From positions 1,873-65,872 of the forward strand of contig JBDKLN010000050.1 in the NCBI GenBank assembly GCA_039806045.1: 64,000 nucleotides of DNA, in the 5' to 3' direction. This stretch comes from Pseudomonadota bacterium. GTDB taxonomy: Bacteria; Pseudomonadota; Gammaproteobacteria; Burkholderiales; Burkholderiaceae_D. The notes beneath the pieces are model-generated. The model saw nothing but the letters and a program-made list of their open reading frames with translations, was not told the origin of the DNA and did no database searches. The first letter of the stretch is position 1. Each line of letters opens with the position of its first letter. The translations under genes and the position numbers were made by a program. Positions 28,202-42,754 of this stretch are shown here, in pieces.

Positions 28202-28975
28202 ATGACGCTGGATCTTGCCGCGTGGCTGATGCTTGGGTTGGCTGCCCTGTTTGCCGGGCTGGTCGATGCTGTTGTTGGTGGCGGAGGTTTGATCCAGGTG
28301 CCCGCCTTGTTCTCGGCATTTCCGATGCTGGCACCATCTGCCTTGTTCGGTACCAACAAGCTGTCCAGCATTTGGGGTACGGCATTCGCAGCACGCAGTT
28401 ATGCGCGACGCATTGCGATCGACTGGGAAATTGTGCTTCCAGCGTCGGCGGCGGCGCTTGTATCGGGCTTTGCTGGTGCCTATGCGATCTCGATTTTCCC
28501 GCCGCAGGTCTTCCGAAAACTGCTCCCCTTCATCCTGTTGCTGGTGGCACTGTATGTTCTCCGATGCCGGGAATTCGGGGCGGAGTACCGCCCCAGCCGA
28601 TCCGGTCGTCGCAAGCAGCTGCTTGCCGCTGGGGTAGGCGCTTTCATCGGACTCTACGATGGGTTTTTTGGTCCCGGCACCGGCAGCTTCCTGATCTTTA
28701 TGTTCGTGCGCTGGTTCGGTCTCGACTTTTTGCGAGCGTCGGCTGTCGCCAAGCTGGTCAATGTCGCATGCAACTTCGCGGCGCTGGCGTGGTTCCTGCC
28801 GAAAGGGCAACCATTATGGATGCTCGGCTTGTGGATGGCGGCGTGCAATGTCTTGGGCTCAGTCGCTGGTGCGAGATGGGCGCTGAGAGGGGGCGCGAGG
28901 ATGATTCGCTGGTTATTCCTGATGGTGTTGGCGGCGCTGATACTCAAGACCGGGCTCGACGCTTTTGCTCGCTGA
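28202..28975 (+). CDS. TSUP (TauE/SafE) family transporter
   Basis: AGLVDAVVGGGGLIQVP, GTNKL and YDGFFGPGTGSFL motifs. Confidence 0.9.
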   Translation: MTLDLAAWLMLGLAALFAGLVDAVVGGGGLIQVPALFSAFPMLAPSALFGTNKLSSIWGTAFAARSYARRIAIDWEIVLPASAAALVSGFAGAYAISIFPPQVFRKLLPFILLLVALYVLRCREFGAEYRPSRSGRRKQLLAAGVGAFIGLYDGFFGPGTGSFLIFMFVRWFGLDFLRASAVAKLVNVACNFAALAWFLPKGQPLWMLGLWMAACNVLGSVAGARWALRGGARMIRWLFLMVLAALILKTGLDAFAR

Positions 28976-29079
28976 GGCGCAGGACGTATGGTTAACGCTG
29001 ATTCTTTAGCCTAGCTACGTGCCGGAACGCGATTTCCCGACGGCGCCTTGCCATGCGGCGCCATACCGGCGCGGGCCAT

Positions 29080-29095
29080 GGTTTCACGTGGAACA
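29080..29095. promoter_or_regulatory. parS: parS centromere site
   Basis: ggtttcacgtggaaca against consensus TGTTNCACGTGAAACA; upstream of mnmG-rsmG-parAB. Confidence 0.85.
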
Positions 29096-29205
29096 TACGC
29101 AGACGTGCTGTGATATTCCTGCTCGGGCAGGGTGGTGGGGTCGGTCAATCCGGTCGCAATAGTCCTGACGGACCCCCGTATGTTTTTCATGTGCTCGGGC
29201 AATCC

Positions 29206-29221
29206 GGTTCCACGTGAAACA
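29206..29221. promoter_or_regulatory. parS: parS centromere site
   Basis: ggttccacgtgaaaca, one mismatch from consensus. Confidence 0.88.
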
Positions 29222-29270
29222 AATCCCTTTATAATCCACCCTCCGCATCCCCCTGAATTTGTCTCATCTC

Positions 29271-31202
29271 ATGGATTTCCCAACTGTATTTGATGTCATC
29301 GTTGTCGGTGGCGGCCATGCCGGCACGGAGGCGGCGCTTGCGGCGGCCCGAACCGGCCAAAAGACGCTGCTCCTCACGCATAACATCGAAACCTTGGGGC
29401 AGATGTCGTGCAATCCCTCGATCGGCGGGATCGGGAAAGGCCATCTGGTGCGCGAAGTGGACGCGCTGGGCGGGGCAATGGCGATTGCCACGGATGAGGG
29501 CGGCATTCAATTCCGTATCCTGAATTCTTCCAAGGGGCCGGCCGTACGGGCAACACGCGCGCAGGCCGACCGCATCCTGTATAAGGCGGCGATCCGCCGC
29601 CGACTGGAAAACCAGCCGAATCTCTGGCTGTTCCAGCAGGCGGTCGATGATCTGATGGTCGAGAGTGACCGGGTGGTGGGGGCGGTAACCCAGGTTGGCA
29701 TTCGCTTCCGCTCCCGTGCCGTGGTATTGACCGCGGGGACTTTCCTCGACGGGAAGATTCATGTCGGATTGAACAATTACGCGGGTGGCCGCGCCGGCGA
29801 TCCGCCGGCCGTGTCGCTGTCGGCCCGCCTGAAAGAACTGAAGCTACCGCAAGGTCGCCTGAAAACCGGCACGCCGCCTCGCATTGATGGCCGCACCATC
29901 GATTTTTCGGTGATGGCCGAGCAGCCGGGCGATCTGGATCCGGTGCCGGTATTCTCGGTCATGGGCTCTGCCGACATGCACCCGCAGCAGTTGCCGTGCT
30001 GGGTCACGCATACCAACCAGCGAACGCACGACATCATCCGTGGCGCGCTGGACCGCAGCCCGATGTTCACTGGCGTGATCGAAGGCGTGGGCCCGCGTTA
30101 TTGCCCGTCGATCGAAGACAAGATCCATCGCTTTGCCGACAAGGATGCGCACCAGATCTTCCTCGAGCCCGAGGGACTGACCACGCACGAGTTCTACCCG
30201 AACGGCATCTCCACCAGCTTGCCGTTTGATGTGCAGCTGGCGATCGTGCATTCGATGCGCGGCCTCGAAAATGCGCATATCTTGCGCCCCGGCTATGCCA
30301 TCGAATATGACTACTTCGACCCGCGCGGCCTGAAGGCATCGCTGGAAACCAAGGCCATCAACGGCCTGTTCTTTGCCGGCCAGATCAACGGCACCACCGG
30401 TTATGAAGAGGCTGCCGCGCAGGGCTTGCTGGCCGGGCTGAATGCCGCTTTGCAGACCCAGGGTCGCGATGCCTGGGTGCCGCGTCGCGATGAGGCTTAC
30501 CTTGGCGTGCTGGTCGATGACCTTGTCACGCAGGGCGTCCAAGAACCGTACCGGATGTTCACCAGCCGGGCCGAGTATCGCTTGAGCTTGCGTGAAGACA
30601 ATGCAGACCTGCGACTGACCGAAGTCGGCCGCAAGCTTGGTTGCGTCGGCGATGCGCAATGGGAGGTTTTCGAGCGCCGCCGCGAAGCCATCGCCCGCGA
30701 ACTCGAACGCCTGAAATCTACCTGGGTCAATCCGCGCCTCATTGACGAGGCCGAAGCCGAACGCGTGCTGGGCAAAGCCATAGAGCGAGAGTATGCGCTC
30801 ACTGATCTGCTTCGCCGCCCCAATGTCAGCTATGGCAGCCTGATGACGCTGCAAGGCATCGATGGTCGCCGCTTCGACAACCCGCAACTCGATCCGGCGG
30901 TTGCCGAGCAGGTCGAAATTCAGGTCAAGTACGCGGGCTACATCGACCGTCAGGCGAAAGAGGTCGAGCGCCATGAGCATTTCGAGCACCTGAAACTGCC
31001 GCCCGAGCTGGACTACATGACCGTGACGGCGCTGTCGATCGAAGTGCGGCAGAAGCTGGCCAAGCACAAGCCTGAAACCCTGGGGCAGGCCTCCCGCATT
31101 GGCGGCGTGACGCCGGCGGCGATCTCGCTGTTGCTGGTGCACCTGAAGAAGGGCGGCTTCAAGCAGTTTGCCACTAGCGATGAAGGCCCCAGCGCCAGAT
31201 GA
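29271..31202 (+). CDS. mnmG: tRNA uridine-5-carboxymethylaminomethyl modification enzyme MnmG (GidA)
   Basis: [39 protein letters not shown] and [17 protein letters not shown] motifs. Confidence 0.98.
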   Translation: MDFPTVFDVIVVGGGHAGTEAALAAARTGQKTLLLTHNIETLGQMSCNPSIGGIGKGHLVREVDALGGAMAIATDEGGIQFRILNSSKGPAVRATRAQADRILYKAAIRRRLENQPNLWLFQQAVDDLMVESDRVVGAVTQVGIRFRSRAVVLTAGTFLDGKIHVGLNNYAGGRAGDPPAVSLSARLKELKLPQGRLKTGTPPRIDGRTIDFSVMAEQPGDLDPVPVFSVMGSADMHPQQLPCWVTHTNQRTHDIIRGALDRSPMFTGVIEGVGPRYCPSIEDKIHRFADKDAHQIFLEPEGLTTHEFYPNGISTSLPFDVQLAIVHSMRGLENAHILRPGYAIEYDYFDPRGLKASLETKAINGLFFAGQINGTTGYEEAAAQGLLAGLNAALQTQGRDAWVPRRDEAYLGVLVDDLVTQGVQEPYRMFTSRAEYRLSLREDNADLRLTEVGRKLGCVGDAQWEVFERRREAIARELERLKSTWVNPRLIDEAEAERVLGKAIEREYALTDLLRRPNVSYGSLMTLQGIDGRRFDNPQLDPAVAEQVEIQVKYAGYIDRQAKEVERHEHFEHLKLPPELDYMTVTALSIEVRQKLAKHKPETLGQASRIGGVTPAAISLLLVHLKKGGFKQFATSDEGPSAR

Positions 31203-31861
31203 ACTTGTATGACCTCGACTCGCTGCGAGCGAGCTTGCGTGCGGGCGCCGATGCGCTGTCGCTGGACCTGCCGGACCCGCAGCTCGAGCAGCTGTTGGCG
31301 TATCTCGCATTGCTGCACAAGTGGAACCGTGTTTACAACCTGACCGCCGTACGCGATCCAAAGCAGATGCTGACCCAGCACCTGCTCGATTGCATGGCCG
31401 CACTGCCGGTCTTCGAAGGTGCGCAGCATGTGCTGGATGTGGGTGCTGGTGGCGGACTGCCCGGTATCGTGATCGCGATTTGGGCGCGTCATGCACAGCC
31501 GCAGATGCGGGTCGAGATGATCGACACCGTCCACAAAAAGACGGCCTTCCTGACGCAGGTGAAAGCCGAGCTCGGGCTCGCGAATGTGAAAGTGAACACC
31601 GGTCGCGTGGAGCAGTTCGAACCGGCCGAAAAATTTGACGTCATTACTTCGCGCGCCTTCGCCGACCTCGGCGACTTCGTGCGCTGGTCAGGACATGTGC
31701 TGCAAGCGGGTGGACGCATGCTGGCACTGAAAGGGCAGGCCGAAACGACGCAGCGCGAAGTGCTGCCCGAGGGCTGGCACATCGTGCGCGACATACGTCT
31801 GCAAGTGCCGGGCATGGACGCCGAGCGCCATGTACTGCAGGTTGAGCGCAGCACCGTATGA
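31199..31861 (+). CDS. rsmG: 16S rRNA m7G527 methyltransferase RsmG (GidB)
   Basis: [25 protein letters not shown] and TSRAF motifs; follows mnmG. Confidence 0.96.
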   Translation: MNLYDLDSLRASLRAGADALSLDLPDPQLEQLLAYLALLHKWNRVYNLTAVRDPKQMLTQHLLDCMAALPVFEGAQHVLDVGAGGGLPGIVIAIWARHAQPQMRVEMIDTVHKKTAFLTQVKAELGLANVKVNTGRVEQFEPAEKFDVITSRAFADLGDFVRWSGHVLQAGGRMLALKGQAETTQREVLPEGWHIVRDIRLQVPGMDAERHVLQVERSTV

Positions 31862-31969
31862 CTTAGCAGGACACGACATCAAGACACGTCGTAAAGCGTC
31901 GTGAATGAAACGTAGTACCACCGATTGAAGTACCCCAGGCAGCAGCACAATAAAAAGGGCAGAGACCAT

Positions 31970-32749
31970 ATGGCCAAGATTTTTTGCATTGCCAACCAGA
32001 AGGGGGGCGTTGGCAAGACGACGACTGCAGTGAACCTCGCTGCCGGACTCGCGAACCTGAGGAAGCGCGTCCTGCTGATTGACCTCGATCCGCAGGGCAA
32101 CGCCACCATGGGTGCTGGCATCGACAAGTCGGCGCTCGACCAGTCGGTTTATCAGGTCTTGCTAGGGATGTCCGACATTGCGGCGGCACGCCAGTGGTCC
32201 GACTCCGGCAAGTTCTATGTGCTGCCGTCCAACCGCGACCTCGCCGGCGCCGAGATCGAGATGGTCGATCTCGACCAGCGCGAGATGCGCCTGAAGCAGG
32301 CGATCGCCGCCGTCGCCGATGACCATGACTTCATTCTGATCGATTGCCCGCCGGCGCTGACGATGCTCACGCTCAATGGCCTGTGCGCGGCGCATGGGGT
32401 GATCATTCCGATGCAGTGCGAATACTATGCACTCGAAGGCCTGTCCGACCTCGTCAACACGATCAAGATCGTGCACGCAAAGATGAACCCGGACCTGCAG
32501 GTGATTGGCCTGCTGCGGGTGATGTTCGACCCGCGCATGATGCTGTCACAGCAGGTGTCGATGCAGCTTGAAAAGCACTTTGGCGACAAGGTGTTCAAGA
32601 CCATCATCCCGCGCAATGTGCGACTGGCCGAAGCACCTTCGTACGGCGTACCAGGCGTAATTTTCGATACGGCCGCCAAGGGCGCGCAAGCCTATATCGC
32701 TTTCGGCAAAGAGCTGGTCGAGCGCATCGATGCGCTGGCCGCAGCCTGA
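31970..32749 (+). CDS. parA: Chromosome partitioning ATPase ParA
   Basis: ANQKGGVGKTT, DLDPQGNAT, DCPP and IPRNVRLAEAPS motifs; start ATG 31970. Confidence 0.96.
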   Translation: MAKIFCIANQKGGVGKTTTAVNLAAGLANLRKRVLLIDLDPQGNATMGAGIDKSALDQSVYQVLLGMSDIAAARQWSDSGKFYVLPSNRDLAGAEIEMVDLDQREMRLKQAIAAVADDHDFILIDCPPALTMLTLNGLCAAHGVIIPMQCEYYALEGLSDLVNTIKIVHAKMNPDLQVIGLLRVMFDPRMMLSQQVSMQLEKHFGDKVFKTIIPRNVRLAEAPSYGVPGVIFDTAAKGAQAYIAFGKELVERIDALAAA

Positions 32750-32763
32750 CGTCAATACATCCT

Positions 32764-32795
32764 GCATTCAACAAGCATTCAACAAGCATTCAACA
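32764..32795. repeat. 11-bp tandem repeat (gcattcaacaa) x about 3
   Basis: gcattcaacaa gcattcaacaa gcattcaaca in the parA-parB spacer. Confidence 0.9.
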
Positions 32796-32810
32796 CATAA
32801 ACTGACAACG

Positions 32811-33707
32811 ATGGTCACCAAAAAACCCAAGGGCCTCGGCCGCGGGCTTGAAGCCCTGCTCGGCGGCTCGCCCGATCTCACGCCAGAGGCTACTACCGTC
32901 ACCAATGCCACCGCGACGCTGCCGGTCACGGCTCTGAAGGCAGGCAAGTACCAGCCGCGCACGCGCATGGATGAAGGCGCACTCAATGAACTGGCCGACT
33001 CGATCCGTGCGCAAGGCTTGCTGCAGGCGATCCTGGTGCGTCCGATCAGCCACGGCAAGGCCGGGGTCACGCACGAGATCATTGCAGGTGAGCGGCGCTT
33101 CCGCGCATCGCAACTCGCGGGGCTGACCGACGTGCCGGTATTGGTGCGTGAGGTCGACGATCAGGGCGCCGCTGCGATGGCGCTGATCGAAAACATGCAG
33201 CGCGAAGACCTGAATCCGCTGGAAGAGGCGCAAGGCATACAGCGGCTGATCGAGGAATTCAAGTTCACGCATGAACAGGCAGCAGCATCGGTGGGTCGTT
33301 CCCGCAGTTCGGTGTCGAATCTTTTACGTTTACTGAACCTCGCAAAGCCGGTGCAGGCCATGCTCATGGCCGGTGACATCGACATGGGCCATGCACGAGC
33401 GTTGCTGGCCGTCGATACGGCCACCCAGATTGCGCTTGCCAACGAAGTGATTGCCAAGCGCTTGTCAGTACGCGAAACCGAAAAGCTGGTGGTGCGCGCG
33501 ACGACCGAAGATGCATCAAGCAAGGGGGCCAAGGGCAAGGAAAAATCGCGCGACTTGCTGCGCCTTGAGGAAGAATTGTCCGATGCGCTGGCCACCGCAG
33601 TCACGATCAAGCTTGGCGCAAAAAACAGGGGTGAACTGGTGATCGCTTTTGGCGACCTCGATCAGCTTGATGGCGTGATTGCGCGCCTCAAAGTTGCCGC
33701 TGACTGA
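32811..33707 (+). CDS. parB: Chromosome partitioning protein ParB
   Basis: KGLGRGLEALL, QPR, IIAGERRFRA, ENMQREDLNPLEEA and HTH GRSRSSVSNLLRL motifs. Confidence 0.96.
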   Translation: MVTKKPKGLGRGLEALLGGSPDLTPEATTVTNATATLPVTALKAGKYQPRTRMDEGALNELADSIRAQGLLQAILVRPISHGKAGVTHEIIAGERRFRASQLAGLTDVPVLVREVDDQGAAAMALIENMQREDLNPLEEAQGIQRLIEEFKFTHEQAAASVGRSRSSVSNLLRLLNLAKPVQAMLMAGDIDMGHARALLAVDTATQIALANEVIAKRLSVRETEKLVVRATTEDASSKGAKGKEKSRDLLRLEEELSDALATAVTIKLGAKNRGELVIAFGDLDQLDGVIARLKVAAD

Positions 33708-33908
33708 TCATTTGGAACAAGACTTTTCGCATAGGGAAAAGTTTGACGCCAATCACCGCGTCAACTTATAATTCCGGGGCTTTGCAGGGCGCTTACGGAA
33801 AGCTGACAAAAGCTTACAAAATCCCGGCAAAGTCGCAACAACTCCGCGGTACGTGCAAGCCAACTTGCGGGTGCCGTCCACAGTTCCCTGGCCCGCCTGA
33901 AACGACCG

Positions 33909-35088
<1,180 letters not shown>

Positions 35089-35256
35089 TTAAGAGACCGC
35101 TTGGTAAGGTCGCTGGCAGCGTTTCGCCTGCTTGCCGTACAAGTAGTACTGTCTGCGTCGGCGCGCCTTGCCATCGACCTGACCAAGCAGTCTCGAGGTA
35201 GTGTTGGTTTTGTTTTTGCAGTATCCGGTTTTACTTTTTTGACTTTGACTATCTAA

Positions 35257-35508
<252 letters not shown>

Positions 35509-35572
35509 TTCCTGAATTCTCATCGTGCCGGGGACTTTCCCCGGCGTCTGTCAATTTGAGAAGGAAATTACC

Positions 35573-36043
35573 GTGAACCTGAACGCAACATTGTTTGCGC
35601 AGTTCGTCGTCTTCTTCATCCTTGCGATGTTCACCATGAAGTTCGTGTGGCCGCCGCTGATGAAGGCGCTGGACGAGCGCGCAAAGAGAATCTCGGAAGG
35701 CCTGGCTGCCGCCGACCGTGGCCGCCATGAACTGGCTGTCGCCGAGAAGCGCGTGCAAGTTGAACTCGCACAGGCGCACGAAGAGACCCAGAAGCGCATC
35801 GTCGACGCCGAGCGTCGCTCCTCCGAGATCATTGAAGAAGCGAAGAAGCGCGCGACCGAGGAAGCGGCCGGCATCATGGAAGCAGCGCGTCACGAAGCGG
35901 CTGCCGAAGCGATCCGTCTGCGCGATGTGCTGCGTGGCGACGTCGCCGCACTGGCCGTCAAGGGCGCTGAGCAGATCCTGAAGCGCGAGATCGACGCCAA
36001 TGCGCATGCCGAACTGCTGAACCAACTGAAGGCAGAGCTGTAA
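35573..36043 (+). CDS. atpF: ATP synthase F0 subunit b
   Basis: GTG start; NLNATLFAQ...KFVWPPL...[11 protein letters not shown]. Confidence 0.95.
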   Translation: MNLNATLFAQFVVFFILAMFTMKFVWPPLMKALDERAKRISEGLAAADRGRHELAVAEKRVQVELAQAHEETQKRIVDAERRSSEIIEEAKKRATEEAAGIMEAARHEAAAEAIRLRDVLRGDVAALAVKGAEQILKREIDANAHAELLNQLKAEL

Positions 36044-36045
36044 TC

Positions 36046-36579
36046 ATGGCAGAACTCGCAACGATTGCACGTCCGTACGCAGAGGCGTTGTTCCGCGTCG
36101 CCCTGCCGTCCAAGCTGAACGCATGGGCCGATGTCCTGTCCCAGATGGCACAAGTCGCCGCAGTGCCGGAATTCCAGGCGCTGACCAGCGACCCGCGTCT
36201 CGCGCGGTCGGCTGTCCGCGACACTTTCCTGGCGGCGCTCAAGGGCAACCTCGACGATGAAGTGAAGAACTTCGTCGCCACGCTCACCGACAACGGCCGC
36301 CTGCTGCTGCTGCCCGAGATCGAAGAGCAATTCCGTGCCCTCAAGAATGCGCACGAAAGCACGGCGGATGCTGAGATCGTCAGCGCGTTCCCCATGAGCG
36401 AAGCACAAGTGGCGGACCTGGTGGCTGCGCTGCAGAAGAAATTCGGCCGCAAGCTGGTCCCGCACGTGACCGTCGACCAGAGCCTGATCGGCGGCGTGCG
36501 CGTGACCGTCGGTGACGAAGTGCTGGATTCCTCCGTCAAGACACGTCTGCAAGGCATGCAGACCGTGCTGGCGGCCTGA
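36046..36579 (+). CDS. atpH: ATP synthase F1 subunit delta
   Basis: ATIARPYAEALF...DQSLIGG...GDEVLDSSV. Confidence 0.96.
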   Translation: MAELATIARPYAEALFRVALPSKLNAWADVLSQMAQVAAVPEFQALTSDPRLARSAVRDTFLAALKGNLDDEVKNFVATLTDNGRLLLLPEIEEQFRALKNAHESTADAEIVSAFPMSEAQVADLVAALQKKFGRKLVPHVTVDQSLIGGVRVTVGDEVLDSSVKTRLQGMQTVLAA

Positions 36580-36648
36580 TCAGCGCAGGAAAAATTTTGA
36601 CTTTGAGAGGCAGGCCCGCGGGTCGGCCTCAACCAATCAGGAGCTAAC

Positions 36649-38184
36649 ATGCAACTCAACCCGTCCGAAATCAGCGAGCTGATCAAGAGCCGGATCCAGG
36701 GCATCGGCGCAGGCGCCGAAGTCCGCAACCAGGGCACCGTGATCTCCGTGACCGACGGTATCTGCCGCATCCACGGCCTGTCCGACGCGATGCAGGGCGA
36801 GATGCTGGAATTCCCGGGCAACACGTTCGGTCTGGCACTGAACCTCGAGCGCGACTCGGTTGGTGCCGTTATCCTGGGTAGCTACGAGCACATCTCCGAA
36901 GGCGACACCGTGAAGTGCACGGGCCGTATCCTGGAAGTGCCGATCGGTCCGGAACTGCGCGGCCGCGTCGTCAACGCACTTGGCCAGCCGATCGACGGCA
37001 AGGGCCCGATCAATGCCAAACTCACCGCGCCGATCGAAAAGATCGCCCCGGGCGTTATTGCACGTCAGTCCGTGTCGCAGCCGCTGCAGACCGGTCTGAA
37101 GTCGATCGACTCGATGGTGCCGATCGGTCGTGGCCAGCGCGAACTGATCATTGGTGACCGCCAGACTGGCAAGACTGCCGTCGCGATCGACACCATCATC
37201 AACCAGAAGGGCCAGGGCGTTACCTGTATCTACGTTGCGATCGGCCAGAAAGCCTCGTCGATCAAGAACGTCGTGCGTGCACTGGACGAGCATGGCGCAC
37301 TGGACTACACCATCGTTGTTGCCGCATCGGCTTCCGAATCGGCAGCGATGCAGTACGTGTCGGCCTACTCGGGCTGCGCGATGGGCGAATATTTCCGCGA
37401 CCGCGGCGAAGACGCGCTGATCATTTATGACGATCTGTCCAAGCAGGCCGTCGCATACCGTCAGGTGTCGCTGCTGCTGCGCCGCCCGCCGGGCCGTGAA
37501 GCTTTCCCCGGCGACGTGTTCTATCTCCACTCGCGTCTGCTCGAGCGCGCTGCTCGCGTGAACCCTGACTACGTCGAAGCCTTCACCAAGGGTGCAGTCA
37601 AAGGCAAGACCGGCTCGCTGACCGCGCTGCCGATCATTGAAACCCAGGCGGGTGACGTGTCGGCCTTCGTTCCGACCAACGTGATCTCGATTACCGACGG
37701 CCAGATCTTCCTCGAGACCTCGCTGTTCAACTCGGGTATCCGTCCTGCGATTAACGCCGGTATTTCGGTGTCGCGCGTCGGTGGCGCTGCCCAGACCAAG
37801 GTCATCAAGGGCCTGTCGGGCGGTATCCGTACCGACCTCGCGCAGTACCGTGAACTGGCGGCGTTCGCGCAGTTCGCTTCCGACCTCGACGAAGCCACCC
37901 GCAAGCAGCTGGACCGTGGCGCGCGCGTCACCGAACTGCTGAAGCAGCCGCAGTACGCACCGCTGTCGGTGTCGCTGATGGCCGTATCGCTGTTCGCCGT
38001 CAACAAGGGCTATCTGGACGACATCGAAGTCAAGGATGTGCTCGGCTTCGAACACGACCTGCAAAAGTTCCTGCAGACCAGCAACGCCGCACTGCTCAAG
38101 CGTGTCGAAGACACCAAGCAGCTGTCGAAGGAAGACGAGGCCGAACTGTCGGCTGCGATCGAAAACTTCAAGAAGACGTTCTGA
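36649..38184 (+). CDS. atpA: ATP synthase F1 subunit alpha
   Basis: GDRQTGKT and [21 protein letters not shown] motifs. Confidence 0.98.
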   Translation: MQLNPSEISELIKSRIQGIGAGAEVRNQGTVISVTDGICRIHGLSDAMQGEMLEFPGNTFGLALNLERDSVGAVILGSYEHISEGDTVKCTGRILEVPIGPELRGRVVNALGQPIDGKGPINAKLTAPIEKIAPGVIARQSVSQPLQTGLKSIDSMVPIGRGQRELIIGDRQTGKTAVAIDTIINQKGQGVTCIYVAIGQKASSIKNVVRALDEHGALDYTIVVAASASESAAMQYVSAYSGCAMGEYFRDRGEDALIIYDDLSKQAVAYRQVSLLLRRPPGREAFPGDVFYLHSRLLERAARVNPDYVEAFTKGAVKGKTGSLTALPIIETQAGDVSAFVPTNVISITDGQIFLETSLFNSGIRPAINAGISVSRVGGAAQTKVIKGLSGGIRTDLAQYRELAAFAQFASDLDEATRKQLDRGARVTELLKQPQYAPLSVSLMAVSLFAVNKGYLDDIEVKDVLGFEHDLQKFLQTSNAALLKRVEDTKQLSKEDEAELSAAIENFKKTF

Positions 38185-38206
38185 TCTCAACCCGGGAGCA
38201 TAAGCA

Positions 38207-39073
38207 ATGGCTGCAGGTAAAGAGATACGTGGCAAGATCAAGAGCGTAGAAAATACGAAGAAGATCACCAAGGCGATGGAGATGGTCGCCGCATCCAAAA
38301 TGCGCAAGGCGCAGGAACGGATGCGCCACGCCCGCCCGTTCAGCGAGAAGATTCGCACCGTCGCCGTCCATCTCGCGCAAGCCAACCCGGAGTACACGCA
38401 TCCTTTCCTCGTCACGCACGAGAAAAGCAAGCGTGTCGGCCTGATCGTCGTCACGACTGACAAAGGCTTGTGCGGCGGCCTCAACACCAACATCCTGCGT
38501 CAGGTGACGAACCGGATGAAGGAACTGGAGGCAGCCGGCAACAAGGTGGAGGTGGTCGCGATCGGCAACAAGGGTTACGGTTTCATGAACCGAATCGGCG
38601 CCCCGATCGTCGCGCAGTGCACGAACTTCGGCGACACGCCGCATCTCGAGCAGCTGATCGGCCCGGTCAAGGTCATGCTGGACAAGTATGACAACGAGGA
38701 GCTGGACGCGGTCTACATGTGCTACACCCGCTTCGTGAACACGATGAAGCAGGAGCCCGTGATCGAGCAGTTGCTGCCGCTGACCGGCGACAAGCTGGAA
38801 CCGGTGCATGGCTATTCATGGGACTACCTGTACGAGCCGGATGCGAAGACCGTCATCGACGAACTGCTGCTGCGCTACGTCGAAGCGCTGGTGTACCAGG
38901 GCGTGGTCGAGAACATGGCGTCGGAACAGTCCGCGCGCATGGTCGCCATGAAGGCTGCATCGGACAACGCCGGTAACGTGATTGGTGAGCTGAAGCTGGT
39001 CTACAACAAGACCCGCCAGGCCGCGATTACCAAGGAACTGTCCGAGATCGTCGCAGGCGCCGCAGCGGTGTAA
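38207..39073 (+). CDS. atpG: ATP synthase F1 subunit gamma
   Basis: [20 protein letters not shown] and [12 protein letters not shown] motifs. Confidence 0.98.
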   Translation: MAAGKEIRGKIKSVENTKKITKAMEMVAASKMRKAQERMRHARPFSEKIRTVAVHLAQANPEYTHPFLVTHEKSKRVGLIVVTTDKGLCGGLNTNILRQVTNRMKELEAAGNKVEVVAIGNKGYGFMNRIGAPIVAQCTNFGDTPHLEQLIGPVKVMLDKYDNEELDAVYMCYTRFVNTMKQEPVIEQLLPLTGDKLEPVHGYSWDYLYEPDAKTVIDELLLRYVEALVYQGVVENMASEQSARMVAMKAASDNAGNVIGELKLVYNKTRQAAITKELSEIVAGAAAV

Positions 39074-39100
39074 AGCGCGGCCCCGAACAAGCGTATTTGA

Positions 39101-40534
<1,434 letters not shown>

Positions 40535-40600
40535 TCCTGACGCCCGCCGGCGTGGCCGGCGGGCAGCATCTCGCTGATCGAATACTGACAAAGGCTTTCT

Positions 40601-41023
40601 ATGGCAAACACCATCCATGTCGACGTGGTTTCGGCGGAAGAGCAGATCTTCGCCGGCGAAGCCGAATTCGTCGCATTGCCGGGCGAAGCGGGCGAGCTGG
40701 GTATCTACCCGAAGCACACGCCGCTGATCACCCGCATCAAACCGGGCGCTGTGCGCATCAAGCTTTCGGGTAAGTCCGAGGAAGAGTTCGTGTTCGTCGC
40801 TGGCGGCATCCTCGAGGTGCAGCCGAATGCCGTGACCGTTCTGGCTGACACCGCGATCCGCGGCAAGGACCTCGACGAGGCGAAAGCCAATCAGGTCAAG
40901 AAGATGGCCGAAGAAGCCATGGTCAACCGCGATTCGGATATCGACTACGCCGTGGCCCAGGCCGAACTGGCTATCGCCGTGGCCCAGTTGGCAGCGATCC
41001 AGAGGCTGCGCCAGAAGCACTGA
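40601..41023 (+). CDS. atpC: ATP synthase F1 subunit epsilon
   Basis: VDVVSAE...[12 protein letters not shown]...GGILEVQP. Confidence 0.97.
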   Translation: MANTIHVDVVSAEEQIFAGEAEFVALPGEAGELGIYPKHTPLITRIKPGAVRIKLSGKSEEEFVFVAGGILEVQPNAVTVLADTAIRGKDLDEAKANQVKKMAEEAMVNRDSDIDYAVAQAELAIAVAQLAAIQRLRQKH

Positions 41024-41048
41024 TATCGCCAGTGCTTTGCACGCAATG

Positions 41049-41075
41049 AAAAAGGCAGCCTCGGCTGCCTTTTTT
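41049..41075. terminator. Bidirectional intrinsic terminator between atpC and glpK
   Basis: aaaaaggcagcc-tc-ggctgcctttttt between convergent genes. Confidence 0.85.
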
Positions 41076-41115
41076 GTCTTCCAAATTAAAGCGATGCCGC
41101 GCGTCGCCGGCCAAC

Positions 41116-42621
41116 TCAAGCGTCGTGCTGTACCCAGTCGGATGCGCGTCCGATAGCGCGCGCCCAGACAGTCAGCCGCGCCTCGCGCTCGGCGGCGGGC
41201 ATCTGCGGTTCGAAGCGGCGCTCGACATGCCATTGCGCGGCAATTTCATCCTGACCTGACCAGAAGCCGACGCCCAGCCCCGCGAGGTATCCAGCACCCA
41301 ATGCCGTCGTCTCGGTGACTTCAGGCCGCACCACCGGCACCCCAAGGATATCGGCCTGGAACTGCATCAGCAGGTTGTTGCGCGCCGCGCCGCCATCGAC
41401 GCGCAGCTCGCGGATCGGTGTGCCGGCATCCTTCTGCATCGCCCGGATCACGTCAGCCGTCTGAAAAGCAATGCCCTCGAGCGCTGCACGGGCGATGTGG
41501 CCGGCTTGCGTGCCCCGCGTGATACCCAACATCGTGCCGCGCGCATATGCATCCCAATGCGGCGCGCCCAATCCCGAGAACGCCGGCACAAAGGTCACGC
41601 CATCGCTGTTCGGTACCGAGGCCGCGAGCGCCTCGACCTCTGAAGAATCCCTGATTAGCCGCAGCCCGTCACGCAGCCACTGTATGGTGGCTCCGCCCAT
41701 GAACACACCGCCTTCGAACATGTAATCCGTCTTGTGCGAGTGCGCATGGCCGGTGGTCCAGCCCACTGTTGTCAGCAACTGGTTATGGGAATCCTTCGCG
41801 GCGCCCGTGTTCATCAGGATGAAGCAGCCGGTGCCGTAGGTGCTTTTCACCATGCCCGGCTGGAAGCAAGCCTGCCCATAAGTCGCGGCTTGCTGGTCGC
41901 CGGCAATACCGGCGATGGGAATCGGCGCGCCAAAAAACTTCGCATCTGCCTGCGCGGCAATGCCGCTGCTGGCGACGACTTTCGGCAGGACTGACCGCGG
42001 AATATCCAGGATGCCAAGGATCTCGTCATCCCAATCCAGCGTATGGATATTGAACAGCATCGTACGCGAAGCATTGCTGGTGTCGGTCACGTGCTGTCCG
42101 GACAGCTTGTAGATCAGCCAGGCGTCGACGGTACCGAAAGCAAGCTCACCTTTCTCGGCGCGCGCTCGTGCGCCAGGCACGTTATTGAGCAACCAGCGCA
42201 GCTTGGTGCCCGAAAAATACCCATCGATGACGAGGCCAGTCTTCTGCCGGAACAGTGCTGCCTTGCCTTCGGCACGCAAGCTGTCGCAGTACGCCGCGGT
42301 ACGCCGATCTTGCCAGACGATCGCGTTGGCGACCGGTTCTCCCGTGGCCCGGTCCCACAACACCGTCGTTTCGCGCTGGTTGGTAATGCCGATTGCGGCG
42401 ATGGCCGTCGCCGCCAGGCCGTGATCCCTCAGCACCTGTTGCGCCACCGCCAGCTGCGATGTCCAGATCTCGTTGGCATCGTGCTCGACCCAGCCCGGGT
42501 GGGGGAAGATCTGCCGGAACTCCTGCTGTGCGATGCCGTGAATGCGGCCGCCGCGGTTGAACAGGATGGCGCGCGAACTGGTCGTGCCCTGGTCGATTGC
42601 GAGGATGTATTGGTCTGCCAT
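41116..42621 (-). CDS. glpK: Glycerol kinase
   Basis: [41 protein letters not shown] and VDGGA motifs. Confidence 0.96.
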   Translation of the reverse strand: MADQYILAIDQGTTSSRAILFNRGGRIHGIAQQEFRQIFPHPGWVEHDANEIWTSQLAVAQQVLRDHGLAATAIAAIGITNQRETTVLWDRATGEPVANAIVWQDRRTAAYCDSLRAEGKAALFRQKTGLVIDGYFSGTKLRWLLNNVPGARARAEKGELAFGTVDAWLIYKLSGQHVTDTSNASRTMLFNIHTLDWDDEILGILDIPRSVLPKVVASSGIAAQADAKFFGAPIPIAGIAGDQQAATYGQACFQPGMVKSTYGTGCFILMNTGAAKDSHNQLLTTVGWTTGHAHSHKTDYMFEGGVFMGGATIQWLRDGLRLIRDSSEVEALAASVPNSDGVTFVPAFSGLGAPHWDAYARGTMLGITRGTQAGHIARAALEGIAFQTADVIRAMQKDAGTPIRELRVDGGAARNNLLMQFQADILGVPVVRPEVTETTALGAGYLAGLGVGFWSGQDEIAAQWHVERRFEPQMPAAEREARLTVWARAIGRASDWVQHDA

Positions 42622-42754
42622 GCGAAACCCGATGAAAAAACAGTGAAAAAATGCGCGGACCAGCCGCGCATTCTGTTCCCGCCTTGCGACAGAAAGCCTC
42701 GAAGAGGAAAGCCCCGGGGCAGCGCCGCTGCGTTACCCCGGGTCGGTGCGCGAA

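Noticed and set aside
32764-32795. Short repeats as a CRISPR array
   Set aside because: The units are 11 bp, contiguous, without spacers, and no cas genes are present.
40542-40564. GC hairpins between atp genes (also near 36602-36631) as REP elements or terminators
   Set aside because: No U-tract and no shared sequence with each other; most likely ordinary intercistronic mRNA-stability stems.
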